From: an uncultured Caldithrix sp.
Lineage (GTDB): Bacteria; Calditrichota; Calditrichia; Calditrichales; Calditrichaceae
Length of the DNA stretch: 64,000 nt
Reading direction: 5' to 3'
NCBI GenBank assembly: GCA_964532875.1
Contig: CAZHIZ010000001.1
Span: 12,100 to 76,099, forward strand
The position numbers and the translations under genes were made by a program. A model generated the notes under the pieces. It saw only the letters and a list, made by a program, of their open reading frames with translations, was not told where the DNA came from and searched no databases. Shown piece after piece: positions 47,492 to 57,173 of this stretch; the first letter of the stretch is position 1; every line of letters begins with the position of its first letter.

Positions 47492-47509
47492 TGACGCATG
47501 GTTCCCGAT

Positions 47510-47548
47510 CCCTCGCATGCAAATGAGGTGTGCGGGGGATTTTATTTG
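47510..47548 (+). terminator. rho-independent terminator after 44669..47491
   Basis: Stem CCCTCGCA/TGCGGGGG (one G-U pair) followed by ATTTTATTT. It lies inside the ORF-track N-terminus of 47517..47909. Confidence 0.6.
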
Positions 47549-47549
47549 G

Positions 47550-47909
47550 ATGAAACGGTTCTTGTTAAGAAAAGTGCCAAACTGGTGGTCGCTAACGGTG
47601 CCGATTTTAAGGTTAATAATGGCAGCTGAACTGTTTGAAAGTATATGCCGCTTTCGGCTGTACCAGAATTATCCCAATCCGTTTAACAGCGTCACAAGCG
47701 TTAAATTTGACTTGCCTTTTATCAGCGATGTGGAATTAACCGTATTTAATGTGCTCGGTCAACAAATCATCAAGGTGAAAAAGGCGCAGCTTGCAGCGGG
47801 AAGTCACGTCATCCGTCTGGATATGAATCGGCAGGCTTCGGGTCTCTATTTTTATCGTCTTAAAGCCGGACGCCGGAAAGCCATTAAAAAACTTTTGTTA
47901 GTTAAGTGA
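47550..47909 (+). CDS. CTD-only minigene (weak signal-peptide-like N-terminus + T9SS C-terminal sorting domain, no cargo domain); possibly a gene remnant
   Basis: 'YQNYPNPFNSVTSVKFDL...VELTVFNVLGQQI...GLYFYRLKAG..KAIKKLLLVK' is a complete CTD. Only ~30 aa precede it. No convincing SD. The start was chosen downstream of the terminator. Confidence 0.45.
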   Translation: MKRFLLRKVPNWWSLTVPILRLIMAAELFESICRFRLYQNYPNPFNSVTSVKFDLPFISDVELTVFNVLGQQIIKVKKAQLAAGSHVIRLDMNRQASGLYFYRLKAGRRKAIKKLLLVK

Positions 47910-47992
47910 AGCTTTTATTAAATTGTAAAGCATTTGCGGATTTTAAAATGGTGTCGTTTCGTCAAAGAATTAACAGGAAAGGATTTTAGTGC

Positions 47993-49369
47993 ATGACCCG
48001 AACAACAGTGGATTTGGAAAAGATTGCGCAAGGTAAAACGATTGAATTCATCGATTTGAAAGTTTGTGACCTGCAAGGACGCTTACACCATTTGTCGTTG
48101 CCCTATTCCGAAAAAACCATGCAAATTTTAATGCAAGACGGAGTCGGGTTCGACGGTTCCAGTTACGGATTTAAACGCGTGGAAAACAGCGATATGATCA
48201 TGAAACCCGATTTAGAGACCTGCATGATCGATCCCTTCCGGCAGGCCGTAACGCTGAGTTGTTTTACCAGAATATTCAATACCGATGCCCATAATACACC
48301 CTATCGCTACGATCTGCGCAACATGGCCCAACGCGCCGAACAGTTGCTGCAAAAATACGGCATTGCCCACGCCTCCATGTGGGGGCCGGAATTTGAATTC
48401 TATATTATGAAAAATGTGGAATTCAAAACGGCGGCTCATCATGCTTACATTAAGATCGATTGCGAAGAGGATTTTAGCGCCAACGGGTATCACATTGCCA
48501 ATCCTTCGGATTTGTACGACGATTTCAGGGACGAAGCTTCCCGTTTATTGCTAAAAGCCGGCATTCCGGTAAAATATCATCATCACGAGGTGGGCAATTG
48601 CGGGCAGCAGGAAATCGAAACCTTTTTTAATCCTTTGCTTAAAACTTCGGACAATATTTTGCTTACCAAATACATCCTGCACAATTTAGCGGCGGAAAAG
48701 GAACTGCGTGTTACGTTTATGCCCAAGCCCATTTACAAACAGGCCGGATCCGGCATGCACGTGCACACCTTTTTGGTAGATGAAAACGGAAAGAATCGTT
48801 TTTATGCCCGGGAAGGGTATGCGCATCTCAATCAAACCGCTTTGTATTACATCGGCGGTGTGCTCAAACACGCACCGGCTTTAAGTGCGCTCACCAATCC
48901 CACTACCAATTCCTACAAACGTTTGGTGCCGGGGGTCGAAGCACCCACAGCCATCAACTTCGGCCAGGCCAATCGCGCTAGTTGCGTGCGCATTCCGCGT
49001 TACGTCAAGGATCCCCAGCAGACGCGCTTCGAATACCGCCCGCCGGATGCTATGGCCAATCCTTACCTGGCTTTGACGGCCATTCTGTTAGCCGGAATCG
49101 ACGGGGTCATCAACAAAATCGATCCGATTAAAGAGGGTTTCGGCCCGTACGAAGCGGATGACTATAATCCCAAAATCGAAATGCACTACTTGCCCTTCAG
49201 TTTAAACGCCGCTCTGGAAGCTCTGGAAAAAGATTACCAGTTCCTGTTGCGCGACGGGATTTTCGATATCGAACTTATTGAACACTGGATTAAAGTGAAA
49301 AACGATGAATTCAATCGGGTTTCCAACTGGCCCAATCCGGTGGAATATCGTCTGTATTTTGATATGTAA
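47993..49369 (+). CDS. glnA: glutamine synthetase, type I
   Basis: 'MWGPEFEFYI' (beta-grasp signature), 'KPIYKQAGSGMHVH' (ATP site), and 'NSYKRLVPG.EAP'. Confidence 0.92.
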   Translation: MTRTTVDLEKIAQGKTIEFIDLKVCDLQGRLHHLSLPYSEKTMQILMQDGVGFDGSSYGFKRVENSDMIMKPDLETCMIDPFRQAVTLSCFTRIFNTDAHNTPYRYDLRNMAQRAEQLLQKYGIAHASMWGPEFEFYIMKNVEFKTAAHHAYIKIDCEEDFSANGYHIANPSDLYDDFRDEASRLLLKAGIPVKYHHHEVGNCGQQEIETFFNPLLKTSDNILLTKYILHNLAAEKELRVTFMPKPIYKQAGSGMHVHTFLVDENGKNRFYAREGYAHLNQTALYYIGGVLKHAPALSALTNPTTNSYKRLVPGVEAPTAINFGQANRASCVRIPRYVKDPQQTRFEYRPPDAMANPYLALTAILLAGIDGVINKIDPIKEGFGPYEADDYNPKIEMHYLPFSLNAALEALEKDYQFLLRDGIFDIELIEHWIKVKNDEFNRVSNWPNPVEYRLYFDM

Positions 49370-49398
49370 TTTCAGCCTGAAAAAATTTAATCTGTCGG

Positions 49399-49436
49399 AT
49401 CAGGCACAATGCCGCGCGGTTGTGCCTGATTTTATT
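49399..49436 (+). terminator. rho-independent terminator after glnA
   Basis: 11-bp stem ATCAGGCACAA/TTGTGCCTGAT with a GC-rich loop, followed by TTTTATT. Confidence 0.8.
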
Positions 49437-49688
49437 CCTTAAAAATAAGCCGTCAACTTTCTCATTTTTCTTTTGACATAATTAATCTTTTTTATTAAAA
49501 TACAAATAAGCGAATAAAATAGAATTTTAAATATGTTTTATTTAATTCCAAAATCTACTACAAGTGCTTTTTTCCTGTTCCGATTGCATGTTTACGGAAA
49601 TAAATACAAAAAATAAAATAGAAAACAGAATTTTTAATAGTTCATTACAATTCATAGTACTATTTTTTCATCAATTAAAGGAGGTGTT

Positions 49689-51392
49689 ATGAGGGGTTTA
49701 TTTACTATCCTAACTATCTTGTTTTTTACTTTCTGTCTGACGGCTTCGTTGCAGGCGCAGGATCCGGATTACGTGGCCGACGGGTACAGCAAAGTATTGA
49801 CGATCAACAAGTTCGAGAATGCCACGCATTGGCCGATTGTAGCTGACGAAGTTCATGCCGGATTCGATTTGGACAAAGACGGCAATCAGGAATTTATCGT
49901 TTTGGCCGACAATTCCGATCCCAACGGCCCGACCGGTGCCGGTTGGGAAGATGGACACTCTATTTTCGTCTATGAATGGAATCCCACCAGCAGTCAGTAT
50001 GAACTCATGTGGTCATGGGCCGACACGTCATTAAAGACGGGCGGTGCCAGTTTCCCCACGATGGCCGTAACCGATTTGGATGGTGACGGTAACCAGGAAA
50101 TCACACTGGGTATGCCCAGTGGTTCCGGATGGCCTGCACCCGATGTAAGCCCGACGGTTTTCTATGTCTTCGAATTTGGAGATGAAGGTTTGCCCACCGA
50201 GCCTACTGCCACCTGGACGGCAGAAACTGGGCCCGGTTCCAATACGCGTCCTTCGGCCATGGCAGCTGCCGATATTGACGGTGACGGACAGGAAGAAGTG
50301 GCCGTAGCTTTTCGTAAATTCAGCGATGCCGGTACGAACGACGCTTTAATGATCTTCTCGCTGGATGGGGAGTTCATGGGCGATTTTACCCAGTTCAAGA
50401 TCGAGATGATCGACACGACCGGTGACTGGGGCAGTGTGTATGCTGCTGACATTACGGACTTGGACAATGACGGCAATTTGGAAGCCTATTTTTCCACGGA
50501 TTACCACACCATTTATGAAGCGACCGGCCCCGATTCTTACAAATTGTATTACGAAGAAAAACCCAAATACGGTCCCTGGACGATTCAGGCCACGGCTCAA
50601 TGGGATATTGATGGCGACGGTACCAATGAACTTGTTTTCGGAAAAACAAACGGTTCGTTGTGCATTTTGCACGGAATCAAAGATTTGGCCAACATCGACT
50701 CCACCAACGAAGCATTAATCAAGGAAGTGGAACCCGGTGGTTGCCGCGGGTTAACCGTTGGCGATTATGACGGTGACGGCAAGACCGATATTTTTATGGG
50801 CGGCAATTATGCGGGTAGTGTATGGCGCATCAAATACAAAGGTGGCGATATTACCGATTCCTCCAGCTATTCGTTTGAAAAGGTCTTCCAGGACACTACA
50901 CCCAGCGGCGGTGCACGTGTTTATTCGGTTTCATTTCCCGGTGACTATCTTTCCACCAAAGAAGGCGGCAGCAAGGTTAACGACATGAATAAAAACGGTC
51001 AGCCGGAATTGTTGATTGCCTACGAAGACGGCGATTCTCTGCAAAATTGGATTGTCATGCTCGAAGGTAACGGCGTAACGGGTATTGAATTGAATCCTGG
51101 TGAACAGGTTTTGAATACCTACACCTTGAATCAAAATTATCCCAACCCGTTCAACCCCACGACGGCCATTTCTTTTACCATTCCCAAGGCCCAACATATT
51201 TCTCTGAAGATTTACAACATGCTCGGTCAGGAAGTGAAGACCTTGGTTGATGACGATTTGAATCCCGGAAGCTATTCCAAAGTTTGGGACGGCACCAATA
51301 ATATGGGACAGAATGTGCCCAGCGGGGTTTATGTGTATACCTTGCAAGCCGGTCAGCATAAACTGAGTAAAAAGATGACGCTGATACGCTAA
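49689..51392 (+). CDS. FG-GAP/VCBS-repeat beta-propeller protein with T9SS CTD
   Basis: Repeated Ca-binding-like loops 'DLDKDGNQE', 'DLDGDGNQE', 'DIDGDGQEE', 'DLDNDGNLE', 'DIDGDGTNE', 'DYDGDGKTD'. CTD 'NYPNPFNPTT...LKIYNMLGQEV...GVYVYTL...KKMTLIR'. AGGAGG SD. Confidence 0.85.
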   Translation: MRGLFTILTILFFTFCLTASLQAQDPDYVADGYSKVLTINKFENATHWPIVADEVHAGFDLDKDGNQEFIVLADNSDPNGPTGAGWEDGHSIFVYEWNPTSSQYELMWSWADTSLKTGGASFPTMAVTDLDGDGNQEITLGMPSGSGWPAPDVSPTVFYVFEFGDEGLPTEPTATWTAETGPGSNTRPSAMAAADIDGDGQEEVAVAFRKFSDAGTNDALMIFSLDGEFMGDFTQFKIEMIDTTGDWGSVYAADITDLDNDGNLEAYFSTDYHTIYEATGPDSYKLYYEEKPKYGPWTIQATAQWDIDGDGTNELVFGKTNGSLCILHGIKDLANIDSTNEALIKEVEPGGCRGLTVGDYDGDGKTDIFMGGNYAGSVWRIKYKGGDITDSSSYSFEKVFQDTTPSGGARVYSVSFPGDYLSTKEGGSKVNDMNKNGQPELLIAYEDGDSLQNWIVMLEGNGVTGIELNPGEQVLNTYTLNQNYPNPFNPTTAISFTIPKAQHISLKIYNMLGQEVKTLVDDDLNPGSYSKVWDGTNNMGQNVPSGVYVYTLQAGQHKLSKKMTLIR

Positions 51393-51406
51393 GCGTAACT
51401 CTGGAG

Positions 51407-51437
51407 AAAAAAGGGAGATTTTTTCTCCCTTTTTTTT
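51407..51437 (+). terminator. rho-independent terminator
   Basis: AAAGGGAGA/TCTCCCTTT stem followed by an 8-nt T-run. Confidence 0.8.
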
Positions 51438-51505
51438 GTGCTTGGTGTTTTTTTGTTTAACATATTCCTCTGCCAAAATTTGAGGTGTGTTAGGAGGTAA
51501 TTTTA

Positions 51506-54352
51506 ATGAATAACAAATTAATGCTCTTCATCTTTATTCTATCTTTTTTATTGAGTAGTGCCTTTGCCGCCACAACGGGTAAAATTGTAGGGCGGGTAAC
51601 GGATGCAGCTACCGGCGAACCTCTGGCGGCAGCGAACATCGTTATTAAAGGCATGCCCCTGGGTGCAGCTACCGATCTGGACGGTTATTATGTGATATTA
51701 AATGTTCCTCCCGGGGTTTACACCTTGCAAGCCATTTATGTGGGCTACTCGGTGAGCGAAGTAAAAAATGTGGAAGTGAAAGTCGGATTAACCACTACCA
51801 TCAATTTTAAATTAAAAGAAGCCAGTTATGAAGGCGAAACCATTGTAACGGTTGCGGAACGCCCTTTAATTCAAAAAGACGCTACGGCTACGGCGGCCGT
51901 AGTTACCGCCCAGGAAATGAAAGCTTCTCCGATCGAGAATTTTACAGATATTGCTCAAATTAAAGCCGGCGTTAACGTGGGCCCGGACGGCGCCTTGCAC
52001 TTTAGAGGCGGGCGCTCCTCGGAAGTGGCTTATATCGTCGATGGTATCCCCGTAACCAATGCCATCGACGGGGGAATGTCCATGGATGTTTCGACCAATG
52101 CCATTGAAGAGCTTTCATTGATTACCGGTTCGTTTAATGCGGAATACGGGCAGGCCATGTCGGGTGTGGTCAACATCGTGACCAAGGAAGGCGGTTCCAA
52201 GTTTAGCGGTAATGTTTCCGTGCATGCCGGTGATATCGTAACACGCCCCCAAAACAGTAAATATTTTTTACCGGAAATAAAAAAGATCGATCCCCTTAAC
52301 ACCGTCGATACGCGTTTCGGCCTTTCCGGCCCGTTATTCAAAGACCGGGTAACATTTAATGTTTCCGGTCGTTATTTGCGAGACAACGGTTACCTGTACG
52401 GACAGCGTATTTATGATACACGCAATATCTTTTTTTCCAATGTTACCGGCGACAGTGCCTATGTTTCGCTCAATTCGCAAAAACGTTTCAACCTGCAAAG
52501 TAAATTGAAATTTCGCCTGACCAATTCCATCGATTTTTATTTTACGACTCTGTATGAAAACAGAAAATACCAAAACTATAATCACCGCCGGAGCAAAGTT
52601 CCGCAAGGGATCCCGTGGAATTTCGACAATTCGTTGCAGTTTATCGGTAAAATCAATCACCAATTCAGTTCCAAGGCTTTCTATTCTTTAGCAGTAGGTT
52701 TTCTGAATAGAAATTACAAATATTATCTTGATAAAGATCCGTTCTCTACCAAATATGTGTGGAGCGGTTACAGTACGGGCCAATATTTTTATCCCGGCGG
52801 AACGGATAATCATCGCGTGTTTGAAGATCAAAAACAATTAACGCTCAAATGGGATTTGACCTCCCAGATATTAAAAAATCATGAAGTGAAAACCGGGCTG
52901 GAATTCAAGTACCTTTCGCTGGCCCGTCATTCCTATTATGTGGATCCGGACCGCCGCGACGAACCGTATGTGGACGCCAATCATAACGGCATGTACGATC
53001 CGGGAGAAGAATTCACCGATATTAATTTCGACGGCAAATGGAATCCGGCCAGAGACGACAACGGCGACGGAATTCCCGGGAATATTATCGAATTACAAGG
53101 GTGGACGAATGACAAATGGCACCGCTATCCCAAGGAATTTGCCTATTATGTACAGGATAAAATCGAATTGAAAGATATGGTCTTGAATGTGGGTTTGCGT
53201 TTCGATTATTTTGAACCGGACGGACACGTTTTGGCCGATCCTACCGATCCGGATATCAATTCGCCCATCAAAAACGAAAACATTTGGAAAGATTACGGGA
53301 CGGACGGCATCCCCAATACGCACGATCCCGACGGTACCGAGGGTAACGGTGTGCAGGATCCGGGAGAACCCATTGTTACTTTGCAGGAAAGGGAAAAGTA
53401 TTGGTACAAAGATGTCAAACCCAGCATGCAGCTAAGTCCGCGTATTTCGTTTGCCTTTCCCATTTCGGCAAACGGTAAGTTGTTCTTTTCCTACGGACAT
53501 TTTTTCCAATTGCCGCCCTATCGCTTTTTGTACACCGATTACAATAATCACGTAAAACCCGGTTTAATTCGTACAGATATGGGAAATCCGGCCCTGAAGC
53601 CTCAAAAGACGATTAGCTACGAGGTGGGTATTGAGCAACAATTAATGCCCGGTGTGGCCGGTTATTTAAAAATCTACCAACGCGATATTCGCAATATCAT
53701 CGGACAAAAGATCATTATTTTGCCCAATACCGATGCCTATGCCCTTTACATAAACCATGATTACGGGCGCGTGCGCGGTATTAATTTTAGTGTGGTCAAA
53801 CGCTTCTCCAGTCATTTTTCGGCAACGATCGATTACACTTATCAAATTGCCGAAGGAAATGAATCCAGTCCCACGGCTACACGAACTAAGTTCCGCTTAA
53901 AAGAAGAAGCCATTAAGAAAATCGTGCCGCTCGATTGGGATCAAACCCATACGCTTCGATTAAACGGCATGTATTCCAAACCGGAAGATTGGATGGTCAG
54001 CATGATCGGGCGCATCGAATCGGGATATCCGTACACACCTATGGGAATCAATGAAATTGTCAAGATTTCGGAAGAAAACAGTGCGCGTAAAATTCCCATT
54101 ATCAAATTCGATTTAACCTTGCGTAAATACTTCAAATTGCAGATGGCCGATACCAAATATCTCTTTTCGGTTTATGCCAAAGTGTACAACTTGTTTGATC
54201 GGTTGAATGAAAAATACGTTTGGGATTCGACAGGACGCGCCACGTACGGTTTAGGCTTGTTCGGCGGTAAATTCGATGAAGATTGGCAGCGCAGACCGCA
54301 TTGGTTCTACAAACCGCGTGAAATCTTTTTAGGCGTTGAATTTAGTTTTTGA
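51506..54352 (+). CDS. TonB-dependent-receptor-like outer-membrane barrel with N-terminal CarboxypepD_reg domain (cassette 2)
   Basis: 'GKIVGRVTDAATGEPLAAANIVIKGMPLGAATDLDGYYVILNVPPGVYTLQAIYVGY'. Plug-like 'LSLITGSFNAEYGQAMSGVVNIVTKEG'. Terminal '...FLGVEFSF' with C-terminal Phe. AGGAGG SD. Confidence 0.87.
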   Translation: MNNKLMLFIFILSFLLSSAFAATTGKIVGRVTDAATGEPLAAANIVIKGMPLGAATDLDGYYVILNVPPGVYTLQAIYVGYSVSEVKNVEVKVGLTTTINFKLKEASYEGETIVTVAERPLIQKDATATAAVVTAQEMKASPIENFTDIAQIKAGVNVGPDGALHFRGGRSSEVAYIVDGIPVTNAIDGGMSMDVSTNAIEELSLITGSFNAEYGQAMSGVVNIVTKEGGSKFSGNVSVHAGDIVTRPQNSKYFLPEIKKIDPLNTVDTRFGLSGPLFKDRVTFNVSGRYLRDNGYLYGQRIYDTRNIFFSNVTGDSAYVSLNSQKRFNLQSKLKFRLTNSIDFYFTTLYENRKYQNYNHRRSKVPQGIPWNFDNSLQFIGKINHQFSSKAFYSLAVGFLNRNYKYYLDKDPFSTKYVWSGYSTGQYFYPGGTDNHRVFEDQKQLTLKWDLTSQILKNHEVKTGLEFKYLSLARHSYYVDPDRRDEPYVDANHNGMYDPGEEFTDINFDGKWNPARDDNGDGIPGNIIELQGWTNDKWHRYPKEFAYYVQDKIELKDMVLNVGLRFDYFEPDGHVLADPTDPDINSPIKNENIWKDYGTDGIPNTHDPDGTEGNGVQDPGEPIVTLQEREKYWYKDVKPSMQLSPRISFAFPISANGKLFFSYGHFFQLPPYRFLYTDYNNHVKPGLIRTDMGNPALKPQKTISYEVGIEQQLMPGVAGYLKIYQRDIRNIIGQKIIILPNTDAYALYINHDYGRVRGINFSVVKRFSSHFSATIDYTYQIAEGNESSPTATRTKFRLKEEAIKKIVPLDWDQTHTLRLNGMYSKPEDWMVSMIGRIESGYPYTPMGINEIVKISEENSARKIPIIKFDLTLRKYFKLQMADTKYLFSVYAKVYNLFDRLNEKYVWDSTGRATYGLGLFGGKFDEDWQRRPHWFYKPREIFLGVEFSF

Positions 54353-54373
54353 CAGCTTTGGTGGAGGAAAATC

Positions 54374-57160
54374 ATGAATAAAAATAAAATCGTTGCGTTC
54401 ATTCTGATACTCTTTGCATTTTTAAGCCTTTCCCCGACGGCTTATGCCCAAAATGCGCCGCATGTTCGGAAGCTGATGAAATATTGGACGCAGCAACAAT
54501 TTGAAAATTGGGGTAAGTGGAATCATAAAGTCCAATTGCTCAAATCGGCCGGTGCCGCCGATCGGCGACAGGGCATCATGGACGGAAATAAAATAACCAC
54601 TGTGTTTTACAATTACGGCTCCATCGGCCGTCCCAATACCGAGCCGTCGATCGAATGGCCCAGCGGCAGCAATCATGGTTACGCTTATGAATTCGGGCCG
54701 CTGGTTGGTGCCGAAGTGGTGGACATTTACGGCGACACCGTACACATCATTTCCGATGCTCTAATCGACGGCGGCGATCGCGCGCCCAGTGGCAAAGTTT
54801 GGGGATGGCAGCCGCTGCCGCAGTATTTGAATCCGACGGCTTCCACACCGGCCATGAGTAACAATCCGGCCAGTTGGCCGCAAACCATGTCGCCTTCGAA
54901 TCCGTTTTACAATCCCAATGCCACCGGACCCGACGACCGCTTTTTATGGCCTGGCGTACACAAGCAAGGCGAAGTTTCGGCTGATCTGGAAGCCTATTGG
55001 GTCATGGACGATCGGGATAATGATGAGTTCGCTTATTATCCCTTTATTAACGATTCGTCACGGCGCGGTTTAGGTGTTCAACTGACCTGTCGTCTAATGC
55101 AATTTGCGGCCACTCCGGCGGAAGATATCATTTTTTACATCATTAAAATCGAAAATGTCAGCGACAAACCCTTGAAAAAAGTGGTCGTCGGGATGTACGG
55201 CGATCCGCATATCGGCGGCCCGGGTGATTTTGCCGATGATATGGCCGGATTCGATCGGGAAAAGAATATGGTCTTTTCCTGGGACAAGGAAGGTTCCAGT
55301 AACGATTTTGGCATTCCCTGGGACGAGTTGGGTTGGTTGGGATTTAAATTCTTGGAAAGTCCCAAAGACAGCCTGGGTAATCAGTTGGGCTTAACCAGCA
55401 TGACCGCTCCGGTGTACGCTTCGGCCGAAGCGACACCCTCCAATGATGACATTATGTGGAAGCAGTTGACCCCGGGGCAGTTCGACGAAAACAATATCAT
55501 TCAGGAATCGGACAATGTTTTCCTGTTCGGTTCGGGATACTTTTCGCTGGCACCGGGTGAATCGCAACAATTTTCCGTTGCCATTATCCTGGGCAAGGGG
55601 AAGGACGATTTATTTGCCAATGCCGAAATTGCTCAGGAAATTTACGATTTGAACTACAAGTTCACCAAGGCTCCGGATCCGCCGCACGTTACGGCCGTAC
55701 CGGGAGACGGGGAAGTAACGTTGTATTGGGATACGTCCGCCGAAAATGCCTATGACGATTTCTTTAAAGCGTATGACTTCGAAGGATACAAAATTTACAA
55801 GAGCACGGACAAAGGACAAACCTGGGGCCCGGTGATTACCAATTCCTACGGTCAGGAAGTGGGTTTTAAACCTCTGGCCCAATACGATGTGATCGATGAT
55901 AAAGAAGGATTGTTCCCCTACGACAAGGACGGGTACAAATTCGATCTTGGTAAAAATACCGGTCTGGTACACACCTTTACCGATCACAATGTTATTAACG
56001 GAGTCACCTATTACTATGCGGTTACGGCGTATGATTCGGGATATGCTTCGCGCAATGTCACCCCGTCCGAATCCGGCAAGTACAAAGGGCGCAATATGGT
56101 GGCCGTCATGCCCACCCCGCGGGCGGCCGGATACAGCGATGCCACGACGCAAGTGGAACATGCCGCCGGATTTTCCACGGCTCAGGTGCAGGCTAAGGTG
56201 ATTGATCCGCTCAAAGTGACCGGAAAAGATTACATTGTGAGCATCGACGACACCTCTTCTTCAAATAAAATGGTTAACATCACCGATGCCGACGGAAAAG
56301 AAATTGTTACAAATTTCTCCCATTTAGACGGGTTCCCGGTTATTTTCGACGGCATCATGGCTTCGTTTAACGACGTGACTTTTGTGACACCGATTGATTC
56401 GTTAACCGGATGGAGCGAAACTACTTCGCAAACCACCAAGGATTCCGTGCAATTGGAAGTTAGCCTTTTTACCGGCGGTGTGCGTCTGGAACGCGATTTG
56501 GAAATTCGCTTTTTCGACGACATCGTGGATACGACGTACAACCATAAACCGGTTCCCTTCGAGATATGGAATACCACGGATAACGAACAATTAAATTCGT
56601 TTTACGTGGATAAAAATCAAAAAGGTGTGCTGGATAAAGGCGATAAGATTGTGGCCCTGACGGAAGTAAACGGACGTTTAAAAGGTGCCTGGCAGGCGGA
56701 AGTAAAAAGCGAAAACGCCTGGCAACCGAAAAAAGGCGATGTGTATGTCATTAAGATCGCCAAGCCGTTCCGCAATACGGATCAATATGTCATTCACACC
56801 ACACCGGCGGGAATTGACGAGAACAAGGCCAAAAATTCCCTGGATAAAATCGCCGTTATTCCCAATCCGTATGTGGTTACTTCCAGTTTTGAAACGCAAC
56901 CGTTGTCGGTCTTCAGTGCCGGACGCGGTGAACGGCGCATCTATTTTATCAATCTGCCTCAGAAATGCACCATACGAATTTACACAACTGCCGGGGAGCT
57001 CATTCGTACCTTACATCATGATAAACCGATCTTAAACGGTACGGAACCCTGGGACTTATTGACGGATGAAGGCCTGGAAATCTCCTACGGGATTTATGTT
57101 TACCATGTGGATGCCGGGCCCATCGGTGAGAAGACTGGTAAATTCGCAATAATTAAATAA
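54374..57160 (+). CDS. large secreted FN3-containing protein with divergent T9SS-type C-terminal domain (cassette 2, middle gene)
   Basis: Signal peptide 'IVAFILILFAFLSLSPTAYAQ'; FN3-like 'GEVTLYWDTSAENAYDDFFKAYDFEGYKIYKSTDKGQTW'. Tail 'CTIRIYTTAGELIRTL...YGIYVYHV....GKFAIIK'. GGAGGAAA SD 4 nt before the ATG. Confidence 0.82.
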   Translation: MNKNKIVAFILILFAFLSLSPTAYAQNAPHVRKLMKYWTQQQFENWGKWNHKVQLLKSAGAADRRQGIMDGNKITTVFYNYGSIGRPNTEPSIEWPSGSNHGYAYEFGPLVGAEVVDIYGDTVHIISDALIDGGDRAPSGKVWGWQPLPQYLNPTASTPAMSNNPASWPQTMSPSNPFYNPNATGPDDRFLWPGVHKQGEVSADLEAYWVMDDRDNDEFAYYPFINDSSRRGLGVQLTCRLMQFAATPAEDIIFYIIKIENVSDKPLKKVVVGMYGDPHIGGPGDFADDMAGFDREKNMVFSWDKEGSSNDFGIPWDELGWLGFKFLESPKDSLGNQLGLTSMTAPVYASAEATPSNDDIMWKQLTPGQFDENNIIQESDNVFLFGSGYFSLAPGESQQFSVAIILGKGKDDLFANAEIAQEIYDLNYKFTKAPDPPHVTAVPGDGEVTLYWDTSAENAYDDFFKAYDFEGYKIYKSTDKGQTWGPVITNSYGQEVGFKPLAQYDVIDDKEGLFPYDKDGYKFDLGKNTGLVHTFTDHNVINGVTYYYAVTAYDSGYASRNVTPSESGKYKGRNMVAVMPTPRAAGYSDATTQVEHAAGFSTAQVQAKVIDPLKVTGKDYIVSIDDTSSSNKMVNITDADGKEIVTNFSHLDGFPVIFDGIMASFNDVTFVTPIDSLTGWSETTSQTTKDSVQLEVSLFTGGVRLERDLEIRFFDDIVDTTYNHKPVPFEIWNTTDNEQLNSFYVDKNQKGVLDKGDKIVALTEVNGRLKGAWQAEVKSENAWQPKKGDVYVIKIAKPFRNTDQYVIHTTPAGIDENKAKNSLDKIAVIPNPYVVTSSFETQPLSVFSAGRGERRIYFINLPQKCTIRIYTTAGELIRTLHHDKPILNGTEPWDLLTDEGLEISYGIYVYHVDAGPIGEKTGKFAIIK

Positions 57161-57173
57161 ACGGAGCATGATC

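Noticed and set aside
47517-47549. ORF-track start of the CTD-only ORF at 47517.
   Set aside because: These codons coincide with the stem-loop and T-run that terminate the upstream gene. A start downstream of the terminator is more plausible.
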